Notes: generated from the letters alone by a model not told the origin. Counted from the stretch's first letter, positions 39,008-53,989 are shown. The stretch: 64,000 nt of DNA from Camelus dromedarius (GCF_036321535.1 NC_087436.1:51276001-51340000); one strand, 5' to 3'. Translations and numbers: made by a program.

Positions 39008-39210
39008 ATGCACTATCCAATATGGTAGTCACTTGCCATAGGAGGCTGTTTAAATTAAAATTTAAATCAGTTAAAATGAAATAAAATTAAAAAATTAGTT
39101 CCTCTGTCACCCTAACCACATTTCAAGTGCTCACTAGCCACATGTGGACATTGGACAATGAAGCTACAGAACATCTCCCTCATCACAGAGATTTCTATTG
39201 GACAGTGCTA
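39008..39210. mobile_element. MER3-like hAT-Charlie MITE
   Basis: TIRs gcactatccaata...tattggacagtgc; internal ccacatttcaagtgctcactagccacatgtgg. Confidence 0.88.
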
Positions 39211-42200
39211 AACTATGAAGACAGGAATGAAGTTAAGCATGATTACTTCACAGAGCATGCTGGTCAACAACCCCTGAGTTAGAAAATAAAGTGGGTCATG
39301 CTGCATTGCAATTCCTCTGCTTTTATCTGTCTTCCTAGATATCTACTGGGGAGAAGGAATTCAGTCTCATGTGTATGGTATCCCTGCCGTATGACACTGA
39401 GACTGACTCCCAGGGCCTTGGTAAATACTTGGTTAATGCTGTGTGAATGAGATCAAGAAAACAAAATGAGTCAAGAAGACTTCTTGGAGGTTATAGAGTA
39501 GAGTGACAATTTGGAAAGTACAAATAAAATAGTCATTTTTTTCCAACCTGAATTATGCCAGCCTTGGAAATAGAATAGTGGATCAAAGAGTGCTTCAGTG
39601 TAGAGGAGGCGACAGTTGTCCAGACTCCAAAGCCTAAAGCCACCTGTCACCAGAAAAGAAAAAAGGAAGCCAGAGATTTATATATTGTCAAGTCTAGTTG
39701 ACTCTGATTTGGATAGAGTGGCTGTCAAGTCATGGTAGAACATTTTTGCTTCTTCTAGTTGAATGGGACTCTGAAAAGGAAAATAACCTTTTTATTCAAA
39801 GTATTTTATTTCCTCTTCCAGAGCTAATTTAGGAATAAGATTAGAGAAGTGATTGTAAAGTCATTTACAGAAGCTTTTGACATGTGGGTTATGAGAAAGC
39901 CATGATAAAAGCATCATTATGCCTTCAAAAAATAAAGCAATGTTTTACATTACAGCAAAATATGGTGCTGCTATGTCTCTCTTTTCATATCTCACTTATT
40001 TACTAAGTGTATTATATGTAAATAAAAAAAAATGAGTTACAGTTTTGGTTGCAATGGCAGAACAAATGCTTTTTTTTCCTGTGGTTGGCGCAGCTAGTGA
40101 GGGCTGGATGTGGGATCACAAGATCCTTCCATTTGGCCCTGTAGAAAAGAGTTGAACTTGGGATTTAGTTGACATTTCTTTTACCTATGATTTACCACAT
40201 ATTTTATGACAGGTAATATTTCATATGGTCACTTAGAAAAACAATAACTAAAACCCCATGGAATTAACCTCCTATAACCTAAGTGATATTTGTGTTCTTA
40301 TGGACTATCTTCTTCTCAGTGGCTAAGTCATCCCTTGGTTGTCACAGCATACCTTCTTCTTCGTCCAGAGCTGCATCTGCTAACCCTGGGTCCTCATTTT
40401 CCCTGAACAAGCATTTCTGAGTTAGCAACCTACAGCCGTAGTGCAGCTATCACATAGAATGGGGATACCTGATCCCAACGTGTCTTCACTTAGACTTGAC
40501 TTTAGATTTTGATTTCCTTAACTGGATGCTCTCAACAACTGAGAAGAATAAAGTAGTCGAAGTCACGTTCTTTAGGCTTGGGCATACACTTGGCCTGTGA
40601 GTGTGGCAGGAGAGGGCAATGTGAGATAAGACCATAATGATATTGTTCTGCTTTGGTCACCGACGATCCTGAAGCTAGATACAGAGACTGGGAAGGCTTT
40701 GGCTTCAGGTTTCCTGAAATTCTATTCTCCCAGATATAGTGTTACAGAAGGAGAGATGGAAAACTTAAGGAAATTAATCTGCCAAATTAATCTGTTCACT
40801 TAAAAATAATTTCTGGTTACAATTTTTTAATCTAAGTATCTAAGTACCTTATCTTTTTCTCTAAATACTCTATAGCTTTGTGGAATTTTGGGGAAAAGTA
40901 AACCTTTTTACACTGTAGGAACATCGTTTAATGTCAAATCGATTGGAGGGAAGTACTTGGCTATCAAGTGATCAGACATGTTAGAGCAGTGATAAAACGC
41001 TATTGTACAGTTTTGTTCTCCCTTATTCCTTCATGTACCTTTTCTCTTCCTTTTCTTCAACAAAGGTTTCTTTTTGCAAACTTGCCCCACCTGCCATATA
41101 TATACATATAAAAGAAACTCCAAGCCAATTTCAGCTATGCAGAAGTTCAGACTAATAAAGAACTGAACACGGCTCATCCTGCCATCCTACAAGTGGTAGG
41201 AAATATTCTGAGTTAACACTGTTGGGAACTCATACAAAATCAAAAGATATATTTCCCTTTGTTTTAATAGAAAATAGATATTAAGCTAGGAGTTGGGAAA
41301 AATATATCAAGCTTTTGAGCTGTGAAAAAAAAATTCTAAAGAATAACACTAGGTTATTGAACCCAATATAAGCAAGCTTTGGCCACTTGCCTGACGAGGT
41401 GTGTCAGATGGGCAAGTGAATGGTGTTCTCTCCTTTGCTTCCTGGCAGAGCATAATACATTCTCCTCCTGAATCTAGAAGCTGCATCGTTAAGAGATCCA
41501 AGTGTGTCCCGAGGATGTTAGCTGAGATTGACTCTGGCAGGCAGCCCCAGAAAGCTTAGGCAGGAAGCTCTTATTCAGAAGGGACCTTAATGTGTTTGTG
41601 ACATGGCTGGAGTACGTTAAGCTCCATCACAGACATGGAGGTCTGGGAGGAGAGACTGTTTGAAGCCAAACAGTCACACTCATATGGATAGATGCCTTTC
41701 TAGAGCAGGTAATTCACTTGTCCTGACGGGCGTTAGGGGGGAATTGCCACTCTCAGAATGGGACTAACATCCCAGGGAGCCCCTCATGGACCCTAAATTA
41801 AAATTTTAGTTTTGTGATGAGTTTTCTCTAATATATTTAGATCGATATATTCTGATAGCAAAAGAGCTCAAGATGTATGCGAAAAGAAGCCTGAGTGTAA
41901 CAGGTCCATGACACCAGCTTTGAGACAGCAAACCAGGTGCTGTCAGAGAACACAGGTCCCTGAACCTTTAAGTCTCGTCCTGTAGTCAACCCTGCAAGCC
42001 ACTGTAAGCTTCTGTAGGTAAAGCAAATCACTTCTTTAATCACCAAAAGGATTTTTCAGGCAACTTGTTGTTTGGTGTTCTCCACCGGATGGTAAAATTA
42101 TTTTGAAAGAAAAATGCAAATAGGAAAAAACAAAGAAGATGAGTCCCTTTGGAGAAATACTTCCAGAGCTATGTCAACAGCTGAGAGGTTTCCTTAGTGC

Positions 42201-42480
42201 AGTTCCAAACAATTTTCCTAAGTATGTTTGCGAATCCATTCACTCTGAGCCTCCCTCTTTAGTCTGGACGATTATCTGCAGGCACAGGTATGTTAAAAAT
42301 TGTGGTACCTTAGGGTCTTATTTCCCATTACTTCTAGAACCAGCCATGTAAATGAACCACCCTTCCGTAACCCCACCCTGAAAGGAGCTGTATTTCTCAA
42401 CTCTGAAGTATTCACATAATGTTCAGATTCCAGATGAACTGGCTGCTGAGATGATGTTTCACCCTGATGTTCTTGCCACC

Positions 42481-42690
42481 CAGTTATTCTCAGCCAGGGA
42501 TGATTTTATCCCCCAAGGGGACAATTGACAATGTCCAGAAACACATTTTGGATATCAGAACTGGGGTGCTACATACATCTAGTAAGCAGAGACCAGCCAG
42601 AGTGGCTGCTAACCATCCTGAAATGCACAGGACAGCTCTGACCACATCACCTGCCTCAAAATGTCAATGCTGAGGATGAGAAACCTTGAG
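42481..42690 (+). mobile_element. MER20 MITE
   Basis: cagttattctcagccagggatgattttatcccccaaggggacaattgacaatgtc...atgcacaggacagc...tgagaaacc. Confidence 0.9.
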
Positions 42691-43019
42691 TTACACCGTG
42701 TGATACAACAGACCATGTGGTCAGTTCCTCTGCCCGGATGACCCATTTGCATGGAAGCAAGAGTACAAAGGCAACGGGTGACTGCAAAAGCTCAGCCACC
42801 AGGGGGACTGAGCACCTGAAAAGTCAGTGATCCTGGAAAGACTTCTTTCCTGAGCCTTGTCCCATGGTCCAGAACATTTCAACCTTGGGACAATGTGCTT
42901 AAGAATAGCTGTACTCTCTCTCCCCATGAACGATGCGTAAATACACGAGTGGCTATCTGGTATGCCTCCCTTTGCTTCAAGAATCATTTACTATATACTT
43001 TCTATTTTGTATTAGCTAC

Positions 43020-43240
43020 AAATTACTGATTACTTAATTTGTGTCTGGCACGTGGTAAGTACTTTACAGAGGTTAATTTATTTCACCCTTACAGGATGAG
43101 CTGATGTTGTCATTACAAGCTCCATTTGTGTGTATGAGGAAATTGAGACTTCAACACAGGTCACGTTGTTTGTAAATACTGAGCTAGGACATGAAGTTAA
43201 GTCTTGTTTGACACGAAAACACATGCTCTTAAGCAGACTG
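43020..43240 (-). mobile_element. MIR
   Basis: ttactgattacttaatttgtgtctggcacgtggtaagtactttaca...tatgaggaaattgagact. Confidence 0.75.
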
Positions 43241-44467
43241 CTAAATTAGTACCCAACCAGCTATAATGGAGAATATTAAGTAGGACAAACACATGTGCTT
43301 GATGATATTTTGTCATCCTTGAATCATGGATATTTAGAGATAGACACTAGGAGAAAAAAAAAAGAATCAGGCTTTTGTGTAGTCATCTGGACCAAATGTC
43401 AGGAAAAGAGCTGCTTGCTGTGCAAACATTCTAGAACATAAGTCCATGAAAGACATTAATTATTCTGTCTAGTTTTCCTCTGTATCTTCAGTACAAGGAA
43501 TAATGCTTGGTGCACAGTAGGTGCTAGATTTGCACTGTTGGATAAGTGAGTGATCCTACCAGAGGCAAAGATTCTGTAGCTTTTCCAAAGTGATGTTATC
43601 TATCAAAGCTTAGTTGCTTCCAACCCAACAATTCTTTTCAGAATAACTTAAACACAAATGAAATTAAAGCAAGAATCCTATAGAAGCTTGTAAAATACAA
43701 GGTAATGTTAAAGGATAAGAAAGAATTTAAAGTCACTCTAAGAGGCTCTTGGACTTTCATTTTAGTGCTAGGTCCACCTCCCAATCCTGTATCTCAGTTC
43801 AAAGGTCTGAAGACATTCTAATCGGTCTCTGTCGAGTCAATGAGTCGTCTCTGTTGGGTTAAGTGATAATTTTGTCCAATAAATTGTGGCCAGGGATGGG
43901 GCAGGGTCACACAGTGTAAACATGGCTAACTTAAGCATCCACTATCTGTGGAAGAGCCACATTCAGAGGAAAAATGGAAATGTGTGGCACCTCTTAAGAT
44001 GTGTGGAATCCTGACATTGCTGCTTTGAGAATGTGTCTAGGGCCTGCTCCGTCTGATATTAATACCTCCCTACTTAGCATGCCCTCAATGGAGGGCCTTC
44101 ACTAGCTCTTGCAAGTGTTTGTCCATTTTGAACTTAGTTTAGAAAGGGCATTATCCAAAGAAAGTGTATTATTAAAATGATTAGCCATTTATACTTAATA
44201 ATTGGCAAGCACTTATTGTTGGCTGATGAAAGTTGATTTCAGTTCATGTGCTGGTTTTCTGAATCAGACGGGCAAATTATTGGTCTCAGGCTTCTCTTTC
44301 AACTTCAATGTACAGAGTGAATCATGCATGAAACAATACTTATTTTCCATAAGCAAAAGCCTATATTTTAAGTAATTTGCAAAGGAGATTCCTCAGTCAC
44401 TGGTGAAGCCTGTTGCTATTGTTCATACGCATTTAATGTTGTTACTGAAGCTCTCCACAACTGATTT

Positions 44468-45043
44468 TGGTTTTTATTTTTAATTGAAGTATAGTTGATT
44501 TACAATGTTGTGTTAGTTTCTGGTGTACAGCATAGTGATTTAGATATATATATATATATATATAAATATATTCATTCTTTTTTGTATCCTTTTTCATTAT
44601 AGATTATTACAAGCTATTGAATATATTTCCCTGTGTTACACAGTAGGATCTTGTTGTTTTCTATTTTATATATAGTAGTGTGTATCTGTTAATCCCAAGC
44701 TCCAAATTTATCCCTCCCCACCCTTTCCCCTTTGGTAACCATCAGTTTGTTTGCTTTGTGAGTCTGTTTCTGTTTTATGAATAAGTTCACTTGCATCCTT
44801 TTTTTAGATTCTACATATATGTGAGATCAGTATGATATTTGTTTTTCTCTGTCTGACTTACTTCACTTAGTATGATAATCTCTAGGTCCATTTATTTTCT
44901 GCAAATGGCATTATTTCATTGTTTTTATGGCTGAGTATTATTCCATTGTATATATATATACCACATCTTCTTTATCCATTCATCTGTTGATGGACATTTA
45001 GTTTGTTTCCATATCTTAGCTGTTGTAAATAGCACTGCTATGA
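44468..45043 (-). mobile_element. Cetartiodactyl L1 3' end
   Basis: ttaattgaagtatagttgatttacaatgttgtgttagtttctggtgtacagc...tttatccattcatctgttgatggacatttag. Confidence 0.93.
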
Positions 45044-45739
45044 AATAAATGAGGAAAATGATTGGGTGATCCAAACTGGACTAAGGAGCAGTGGTCACCT
45101 GCAGAAGAAATGACCAGAGCCTGAGAAGTATTGGAGGTGAGGGAAACACATTTTCTTCTTCCTCATTTAAAACTAGATTCTCAGTCGTCATCTTAATTCA
45201 TCATGTAAGAAGGAGATTTCAATACATTTTCTGCTTTAACCAATGGTGTAATTCCTGGCACCATTATGACACTGTTGTCTGTAATGTGTAGAAATTAATA
45301 TAGAACAGGACACAGCTGATGACTTCAAGTTGTGCTGACTAGATTGTAAAACTCTATTGGGGGAGAGGATCAGGCTGCTGGCTTAGTAGAAAAAGCGCCC
45401 CCAGGACCTGAACTCAGTAAGACCAGATTCTAGCATGTAGAGAAAATTTGTCATTGGAACAGCTTTCCTAATAATGAGGTGGGTTACCTTCACAGCACTG
45501 AGGAAAGTGTTTTCTACCATCTACCCAAACACATTTCCTCTCCTAACTTCATTCTTCTCCCCTTCCTTCCTACTGTAGCTCATTACACAATGTTATTAAG
45601 AGCCAAATGTTAGCTCTAGGAGTGCAAGGACCATTGATCACAGTAGCAGCTAAAGTCCTCATGGAAATTTGCTTTGTGTGGCCTTCTTCTAAAAGCCTTA
45701 ATTCTTATCCTATTCCTTGTATCGTGACTTTTAAGGGTC

Positions 45740-46212
45740 TAGGTGATTTGTCCTTTGGATGTTTTTCTGACAATATTTCTACAATCTCCCCTTCACTCCC
45801 CCTACTTTAAGCACACTAGATTTTCATCAAACATTAAATTAAGCATACTCTGAAGTTTAGACTTTTGGACTTGGTATTTCCTGGGTCTGGAAACCTCCTC
45901 CATTTCATCATTGGAGGGCTTGGTCCTTCATCCTATTCAGTTTTCAATCATCTTTCCTCCCCTGACCACCATATATGAAATGGCAGCTCTGTCATTTCTA
46001 GTTCCTTCCTCCGGTTTGTGTTCCTTCATAGTCCTTATCTCCACTTGGCATAAAGTTATTATAGATTTGTTTATTTTTATTTTCTATCTCCTCCTAGGAA
46101 AATGTAAGTGTCTATAAGGGCAAGAGATTTGTCCATTACCTGTATACCCAATCTTGGAACAGTGCTTGGCACACAGTAGCTTCTCAATAAATACATGTTA
46201 AATAAATGACTA
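45740..46212 (+). mobile_element. L2 3' end
   Basis: aatgtaagtgtctataagggcaagaga...ggaacagtgcttggcacacagtagcttctcaataaatacatgttaaataaatga. Confidence 0.85.
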
Positions 46213-49200
46213 AATAGGCAAAATAAAATTATAAACATATTTTACTTTTGCCTCAGGAAATGCATTACATTTGTGTTAGGTAGTATAATACATTACTTGA
46301 GTTATACATTTTATTCACAAATGTAGAAAATAGACTAGTAGTGAATTTTAACTGAATTAATTGATGAGATGAGTAGAATAATTTAACGTTTACTTCTGTT
46401 AGGTATCTTTTCCACAAATCTGCCAATATTATTTTTGTTATCTGTCACTTTGTGTTACAGCAAGAATTCTGAACTCAATATATCAACTTGTCCTATGAAT
46501 GTGTCACAATTTCAATTTTGTTTTCAGGTCACCAATTATGAAAACATAAGAGGAGGAGGAAACAGTACACTCTATTCTCACATGCAATTCAACTCCATTT
46601 AAAATCAAGGATAAAGACTTTTTACTTTTCAATCTAGAGGCTCCTTAAAACAAAAGGTGGAGAATACAAAGTGGTTCTATACCGGCAGATCTCAAAACAC
46701 ACTTGAAGCACTTGACCTTAAAACAGTGATGAGCATGGAAGATGAGCAATAGAACAAGACTTAGGCAGAAATGTGACATGCACGTGGCTTGTCTTGAAGA
46801 CCCTCCCTACGTTCAGGTTTCTTCCATATGTTTGAAGCCCCTTTTCTGGTGGCTTGTTTCTCAAAGTTTATGGCTTCTGTATCATTCTCAACCCCATCTC
46901 TCTGATGTGTCTCTGCTGGAATTTCTTTCTTTTAGAATCTAGAAAATTTATGATGATAAATTACAGTTGCTAACTGTAGTAATAATAATTTTCAAATAAT
47001 TCAGATAATCATTAATTTATAATTGTTCAGATATTTAGATATTATAATTATTTTGATAAATCAATGTTTTGCTACTGGGCTAATGTACTAGTGAGAAAGG
47101 GTCTGAAGTCTGCCATCTGCCTAACATACGTGGGTTCTTCCAGCCTTTTGATGGTCTATTTGGCATCACTGGTACTCAAAGTTATTTGCTAAATGCTTGA
47201 TAGTGACCCTTGTGGTGCTAGCAATTTAGATCTTATCAAGGATGTAATCATAAACTTACAAAGAAGGAGAATTGGCCAGGCCATAGGTGATAAGAACAGT
47301 TAGGATTTTTGAAGCGGCAGGGAAGACACCATACGAGAGACTGAACTATCCCTCTAATTCTCCCCAGTGGAAAATGCTTGTTCACCACCTTATCATGCAT
47401 TATTTTTCCAGAAAGCAATTCATTTTATTGTCATCTAACATAAACTCAAGTTTAGTGAAGAGGATAGTTTTAGGTTTTGATAAGTCAATAGTTAGGAAAA
47501 AACAATTGAACAATGGCAGTGACGATTTCAACAGTGCTTTTAGCTTTGCATAATATTCATCTCTGCACTATCTTAGGTTGCAGGGATCTTAGCTGGGGAC
47601 CAACTGTCTCTCCTGTGATACCCAGATGGAGGTAATGAGTAGGAGGAACAGCCACTGGAAGTCAATTTGCATGAGGGACTGAGACAACACAAAGGGTGAA
47701 ACTGCTCTATTAACAAAGTAGCTCATGACTGTCGCTAATGTTCGTCTCTCTCTTCAGTCATCCTGTGACTGTGTCTGAGTCCAGCAAGAGGTAGTTCTGA
47801 TAGTTCTGATCTCCAGTTGCAGATCTGCTGTTGACTCCGAATAAGGACTTGGACACTGACTTTATTTCTGGACCTTTTCTTTTTTTCCCAAGATGAAGAG
47901 AATATATTTCTAGATACATCTCAGCAATTGTCTAAAAAATAAAAACTAAATAATATAATGATCAAAACAAAAGTAGGTATTCTAAAATTTAAAGTCACAG
48001 ATAAATCTGTTACAGATTTTTAGAATGGTGAGATCATTTTATAAATAACGTGGTTATTCAACGTGCTCTAAATGTGTTTTTATGTATTTGGGAGCAGAAA
48101 ACGAGCATGGATCTTACACTAATTCCCCTTTCCCTTCTCTTTTCTTTCTTTTTTTTAGCCCCCCCCCCCCATTTCTTCTTCATTCAGTTTCCTTCAGGCT
48201 TTTCATTTACTATCTGTCAGTGACACCCTTCCTCCTTTAGAGTCAGGAAAAGTGGGATTTATCATATCAACTCCAGACAGCATCTTGTTTTTGCTCCTTT
48301 CTTAAAGGATAGAGAAGTTGACTTGCTTCCTTATATCTAATTTAAGATGTTGATTTGCAAAGAAGTTCTAAAGCAGCAATTTCTATTTCTTAGGCTGAGT
48401 TTCAGAGGTTGGTTGCATAGCTATTTTTGATAGTTTGTAAAGGGAGGTGAGTCTCTGAACAGATTGGGAATTAGACAGTCTGCTGGCTTTAAAGAAAAAC
48501 TCTCTCATTTTTGCTGGAGGAGTTAGCCGATTTGAAAACTTAAAATGAGCCTCATATTTCTGTTCCTTAGGGCTTATTCTGTATCTTCTGATGACCGGTA
48601 TGTGCAGCCTTAAAGTGAGTTCCATGTTTTTCTCCCTCACACAGCTGTCAGTGGTGCAGAGTGTGGGCTAACCTGTGGGCAGGAGAGCTCTCCGGGTGGC
48701 ACTGTCTGTGCCCTGGAATGCAGATGGCACTCAGGGGATGGAACAGGCACTTTTTCTCTCTCCTCCCACTCTACCCTCTAATAAAAATTCATCCTCCATG
48801 ACTACAGCATCATGGGGAGGCTGATTAGCCTACGGGTTCCATGCTCTCTGTTTACAAAGAAAATAAGAGTTTATCTGGAAGTGATGCCAATGGATAATTC
48901 AAGCCATGAACCATGCAGGACGGGGGAGGTTGCTGACGTAGGTCAACCTGGACTGAATGGAAGCTTGAAAAAGAACTGCTAAAGAAGTATGGAACTGCCT
49001 CCAAACGGCCTTTCCAAGAGCAAATTTACAATCCTGAATGAGTTCTAATGCAGACTTTATTTGACAGTTGTGATCAAATGAATTACTAGCTTTGGGGCAT
49101 TACCTTCCTCTGCAGCCAAGGTTATTTAGGTTAAATTAACTTCCAAATATGCGCTTACCTCTCCCTCCAGGTACTGAAGAACACAAAGCATGGCAGTTTA

Positions 49201-49595
49201 GAATTGTAAGTATCTAGTGTGAATAGCTATTCTTAATTAAGTAATATCTCTTCTTAGATAATGTCTAAGTCTATTAGAAGAAGTTGGTTTGCTCCCTGTC
49301 CATATAACTCCTGCATTTATAGCTATAGAATATATTTTACTTTGAACTGGAGAGAGAGATGGAGTAATGGATACAGTAGGAAAGCCAAGAAAAAGGAAGG
49401 TTCTGTTTGAAATGGTTAAGGGCAAGCCACCATTTATTTAAAAAATGAGACTTTGGAAGGTGTATGCTTCCATAGAGGAGAAGTGGTGATTTTTTCCTCC
49501 ATGGTTACAATTCATTAAAATTTCTCAGCTATTGCTTTGTCTCCCAGCAAGATAAGCCAGAACTACACTGATTTATATATTTATTGCTACCATTT

Positions 49596-50066
49596 CAGGT
49601 CCTCCAGTCAGTGGACAGCAGGATGGAATCAGAAGCGCAAGAGATTTATCAGGGAGCTCTGCCTGAGAAAAATAAATGGGAGGGGGAGAGGTGAGCAAGG
49701 AGAGGTTTTAGATGCACTGCATGCCCAACACCTGTGCAAAGAAGGGGAGAAGGAAGAATCACTAGGTTGGAAGAGCCGAAGGCTGCAGTGCCACCCCCAG
49801 AAAGCCTCAGTGAGGACGATGAGCCCAAAGCCAAAGCTGTTTGTTAAAGGAGACCCGCACTAGGCAGAAATGGCGGGGCCGGTCCCCCACCCGCCAGGCT
49901 CTGCGTCTGCAGGGAGCACCCCAGGTGGGGCGAGTCCTCTGTGTGAGCGGCACCCCAGTGGATCGATCCTCAAGCCTGGGGATCTGGAGCTGTCAGCATC
50001 CACACTCTTTGCAGCAGAATCTCTTGAAGGGCAACCTGAGTGGTGCCACCCTTGTGGCTACCACAC
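49596..50066 (-). mobile_element. ERVL solo LTR (LTR16-like)
   Basis: ggatggaatcagaagcgcaagagatttatcaggg...ggttggaagagccgaaggctgcagtgc...gggcaacctgagtggtgccac...ctaccaca. Confidence 0.8.
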
Positions 50067-53000
50067 TATCATTATGTTTGACTCCTATTTTCAAGTCTAG
50101 CAATTTTATGTCTTTTCTCATGCATTTTTGCTAGTTTTAGACTTTCCGTTCTTGTATTGAGGCCTGAGAATTTTAGCAAATATTTCATTAAGCCTCATTC
50201 ATTTATTAATCTGTAATTGGCATCTGTACCCAAATCGCTCTGCTCATTTGGGCTGTCTGTTTCCATGAGATGTACGACTTAGAGAAAATCTGCCTGAGAG
50301 TCGTGACTGCACTCTGTTCCACAGCTGAGACCATGCAAAATATTTGCTATTTCTGATATATTTTTTGCTAGCACAGAGTCACACACCATTTACCAAGTAA
50401 GTCCATCCTCCTCTCTAAGATCAAGGAGAGTTGTTAGAAAGGGCACCCCCAATCTCCCGTTGAAAACTGGAGCTTGTTGGGGAAGACACAGTGGTGTGGC
50501 AAGGGAAGGAATGCTGACTCTGGGTAGGAGGGGGATCAGTGGCTTTTCTGCCCACAAGCCTGGTTCTCCTTCCCAAGTTGGTGGTAGCAACACTCTAATT
50601 GTTCTACAGTCCCATCAGGAGGAAGCATCTACGACCTGAGACTCAGCTCTAAACCCAAGCACACCACTGGGCCAGCACGTCTGAGAGGGAGGCTCAGCCT
50701 GCAGGCAGCTACGGCATTTCATCTGCTCCGAAAAGTGGTGAATCAGTAACCGGAAGAGCAAGGCTGATCTCAGTTGCCTTGCAGTAGCTCCTGGGAGCTG
50801 CTGCTTTCTTCCTATTAGGACTCATCAGGATGGAACATTTCACTGTGAAGAGGGAAGAACTGTGAAGAGGCATCAGGAAGGCAGCTTTTGGCATCGAAAT
50901 GACACTTTTCTAGTTGAAAAAAATGCATATTTTGCATGGTTTGAAGACAAGAGATTAAAAAGCTGACTTTGAGTTGGTTGCCTTGAATAATTGTCCTGCC
51001 CCAATGCAGTTGCTTCAGAATTTAGTCCACTAAAGCCAGGCAGGCCTTCCATCCTTCTTCCCAGAATTAAATCTGGATATACTTATTTGAGTAGACCCAG
51101 GGTTTCCTCCAAATAACTTGGACACTCCCTTCTGGAGAGGTAAGGATGCTTTCCAAAGATGAAATATCTTGGATTAAAATAAATTCCTGTGAACCTTAAG
51201 ATGATTTGTGTCCTTACAATTGCTATTGAAAAGAGTACAGTTAATGAAAAAACTATTTTTGTGACTCCAAAAAGCAGTTGGTTATTCTGTTTTGGAATGT
51301 AGAATCAGAAAATTAATTGCTGCTACTACTAGTTTGCATCCATATCATTCCTAAATTAGGCTCCTGCTAAGCCCCGTAGGTGACACTCATACCTACCTGT
51401 TCTCTTCGCTGCATGAGTGGAACTCCTTGTAAAGGAACTGTGTCAGGCTGGTGCCTTGGGCAAATGTTTACTCTTGTAAAAATTCTGTCAAGGCAAGTTT
51501 GGGGCCTGACAGTACATTCCTGAAATATTGCTGGTGGACATCAGCTCAATCAGAGGCTCGAGTGTGGGTCTACGTGCTCAGGTTTACTCAGACACGTGGC
51601 CAATAGGAAGAAATCTGAGTTAGTGCTATTTGCTGTTCCATAAAGGGCAGCACTTCTGAGTCCCCGTTCTGATTATAACCTCAGGCAGCCACTTACCATC
51701 TTCCTAGGTGCCCATCTGGCCTTAAAAATACACCATGTCTATTATAGAACTAGGAAGATTCTGCAGTGGAAAATTTGAGTATTTCTGGAACTCAGTAGAT
51801 TTAATGCCAGAAGTATTACTACTGAGTTAATTGTTCAATAGTTTTAGGTGAACCTAAGATTTTTTTTTTTATTTGAAATTGTATTCCCTAATGGAGTTAA
51901 TGAAATGATAATACTGGAGAAATTCAGTTGACTCTTTACGACAGCACATCTAAAACTGGGTCTTCATTTTCCTCCTTTACCAAATCTCTAAACTGAGGCC
52001 ACACTTCGCTCTATTTAGTTTGCTGCTCTCCTTTTGGCACTTGGTGGAATAGTACATATTTAAAGACTGGTATTTTGGAACTCTGCAAACCACAGAAGTG
52101 TTTTTGCTGGGAGAAGTTATTTCTGTTAGCTGCCTTCTTTACTTATAAGTTGACTGTATAATTCATGAAGTTTATGCCCTATATAAATTGCTTTAATTAT
52201 GTTGGGTTTATGTAACTTCTTGTTTGTATGGGCTAAATGTGTGCCTGAATTTTTTTTCTGCCTAAAAACTCGAGAGGCTTGTTGAATGTCACAGTAAATA
52301 AATCCAACTTCTTTGAAATCAAAGTATTTATTTTTACTGGTTTTCCTGAAGTCTCGTTCACAAAGATCATTGTCTTTGCATGATGATACTTCATTTTGAT
52401 AATTAAGTGAGAAGAACAGGCCAATATTCTTGTCAAAGCAATCCCAGATGGCAAGTGTAATTCTTAGGCTTCCAGTTTACCAACATAAGAATCCTTCCTA
52501 CCCTCTCCTCTGTCCTACAGAAACAAACATGGCCCAGATGCCGTGATAAATGTGTGGGATTCATCCTATATTTTTGCAGGAACATTTGTCATGGCCAACT
52601 CTAATTTAAGACCGAGAAATGCTTTCAGCTGCTTCTATCCAGTTGCTAAATCAAATGACAGTATCAGAAAGAAATTCGAGGAATTCTGAAATGACTGAGA
52701 AGCTAATATATAATGAAAATCCCTGTAGAAAATAAAACAGCCAGCATAATATCTGTAACACATTTTTGTCTGCCCGGTATCCGGCATGCAAATTGGACTG
52801 TGTCAAATAAAATATAATAAAACTTAGAGGAAGTTTAAAAATCTTATCATTGCCCACTTTAACTGCACTGATTGCTGTGCTGATAAGACATTTGCACATA
52901 GTATGTAAGTCCCTCTGGACGTACCCATTTTAGTGAGTATCCCTATGTCTTTTCTGTCTTAATGTTCTTCCATTTTATCTGTCCTAATTGATTGTTCCTA

Positions 53001-53516
53001 GGACACTGAGCATGAATAGAACTGAAGACATGTCGCACCTGCTTTCCCTGTTCAGATGTTTCATGGTTGGTGATGGTCTTGTTATGGTGAAAATCCAGAT
53101 CTCCCAAAACTCTTGCGTTATTACATAGTACTTAATTCTTACTAGTCAAGGACTCAGTATAACTTATTTTGGTAAATATAGAGTATTCAGAAAATGGCCT
53201 GGTTGATAATAGGAGGGACATTTACTCATGAGCTGATAACAAGATGAGTAAAGTGTTTGGGAGAAGAGGATAAAATAGAAAATACTTAGCTTTTTAGGGT
53301 GATCCCTCTCTGCCCTGTGCCTCCTGCCCATTTGCATGCTTCTGTGTACTAACTGGGTTCTTACCAATATGCTTACTATATGCAAAAGTTCTGGTTGGGC
53401 AGGTGAAAAGCATCATACAACCAGTAATCTAGGAAAGGGTTTCTGTGTTACAGATACATAATGAGTTTCTTACATAATAAATGGTTCCTAATTGTTATTA
53501 GGAATAAATTAAAGCA

Positions 53517-53970
53517 TATATTCCTAGGGCTGCTGTAACAGAGTACCATAAACCGGGGGCTTAAAACAACAGAAAAGTGTGATCTCACAATTCTGAAGGT
53601 CAGAAGCTTGAAAGCAAGAAGTTATCAGGGCTGTGTTCCCTCTGAAACCTCTGGGGGAGAACCCTTCCTGGGTGCCTCCTATCTTTGGCTGTTTGTCAGC
53701 AATCCTTGGCGGTCCTTGGTTTGCAGCTGCAGCACCTCGTTTTCTTCCCTCAAGAGTCTGTGTCTTCACATGGTGTTCTCTCCCTGTGTGCCTCTGTCTC
53801 CTCTTCCTATAAGGACATCGATCATAGCGGATTAAGGGCCCACCCTACCCTACTGTGACCTCATCCTATTTTGATTACATCTGCAAAGACTCTTTCCAAA
53901 TAAGGTCACATTCAGCGGTCCTGGGGTTAAGGACTTCATATTTTTTGGGGGGATACATTGAACCCCCAAA
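53517..53970 (-). mobile_element. MaLR solo LTR (MLT1C-like)
   Basis: ttcctagggctgctgtaacagagtaccataaaccgggggcttaaaacaacagaaa...ttccaaataaggtcacattc...gggggatacattgaaccc. Confidence 0.92.
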
Positions 53971-53989
53971 TCTATGTGTTTTGATTTCT

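Noticed and set aside
49860..49980. Second GC/CpG-rich patch as a promoter
   Set aside because: Explained by the LTR16-like element that contains it.
53485..53504. Perfect 8-bp hairpin ttcctaat-tgtt-attaggaa
   Set aside because: Short, AT-rich and expected by chance in 64 kb.
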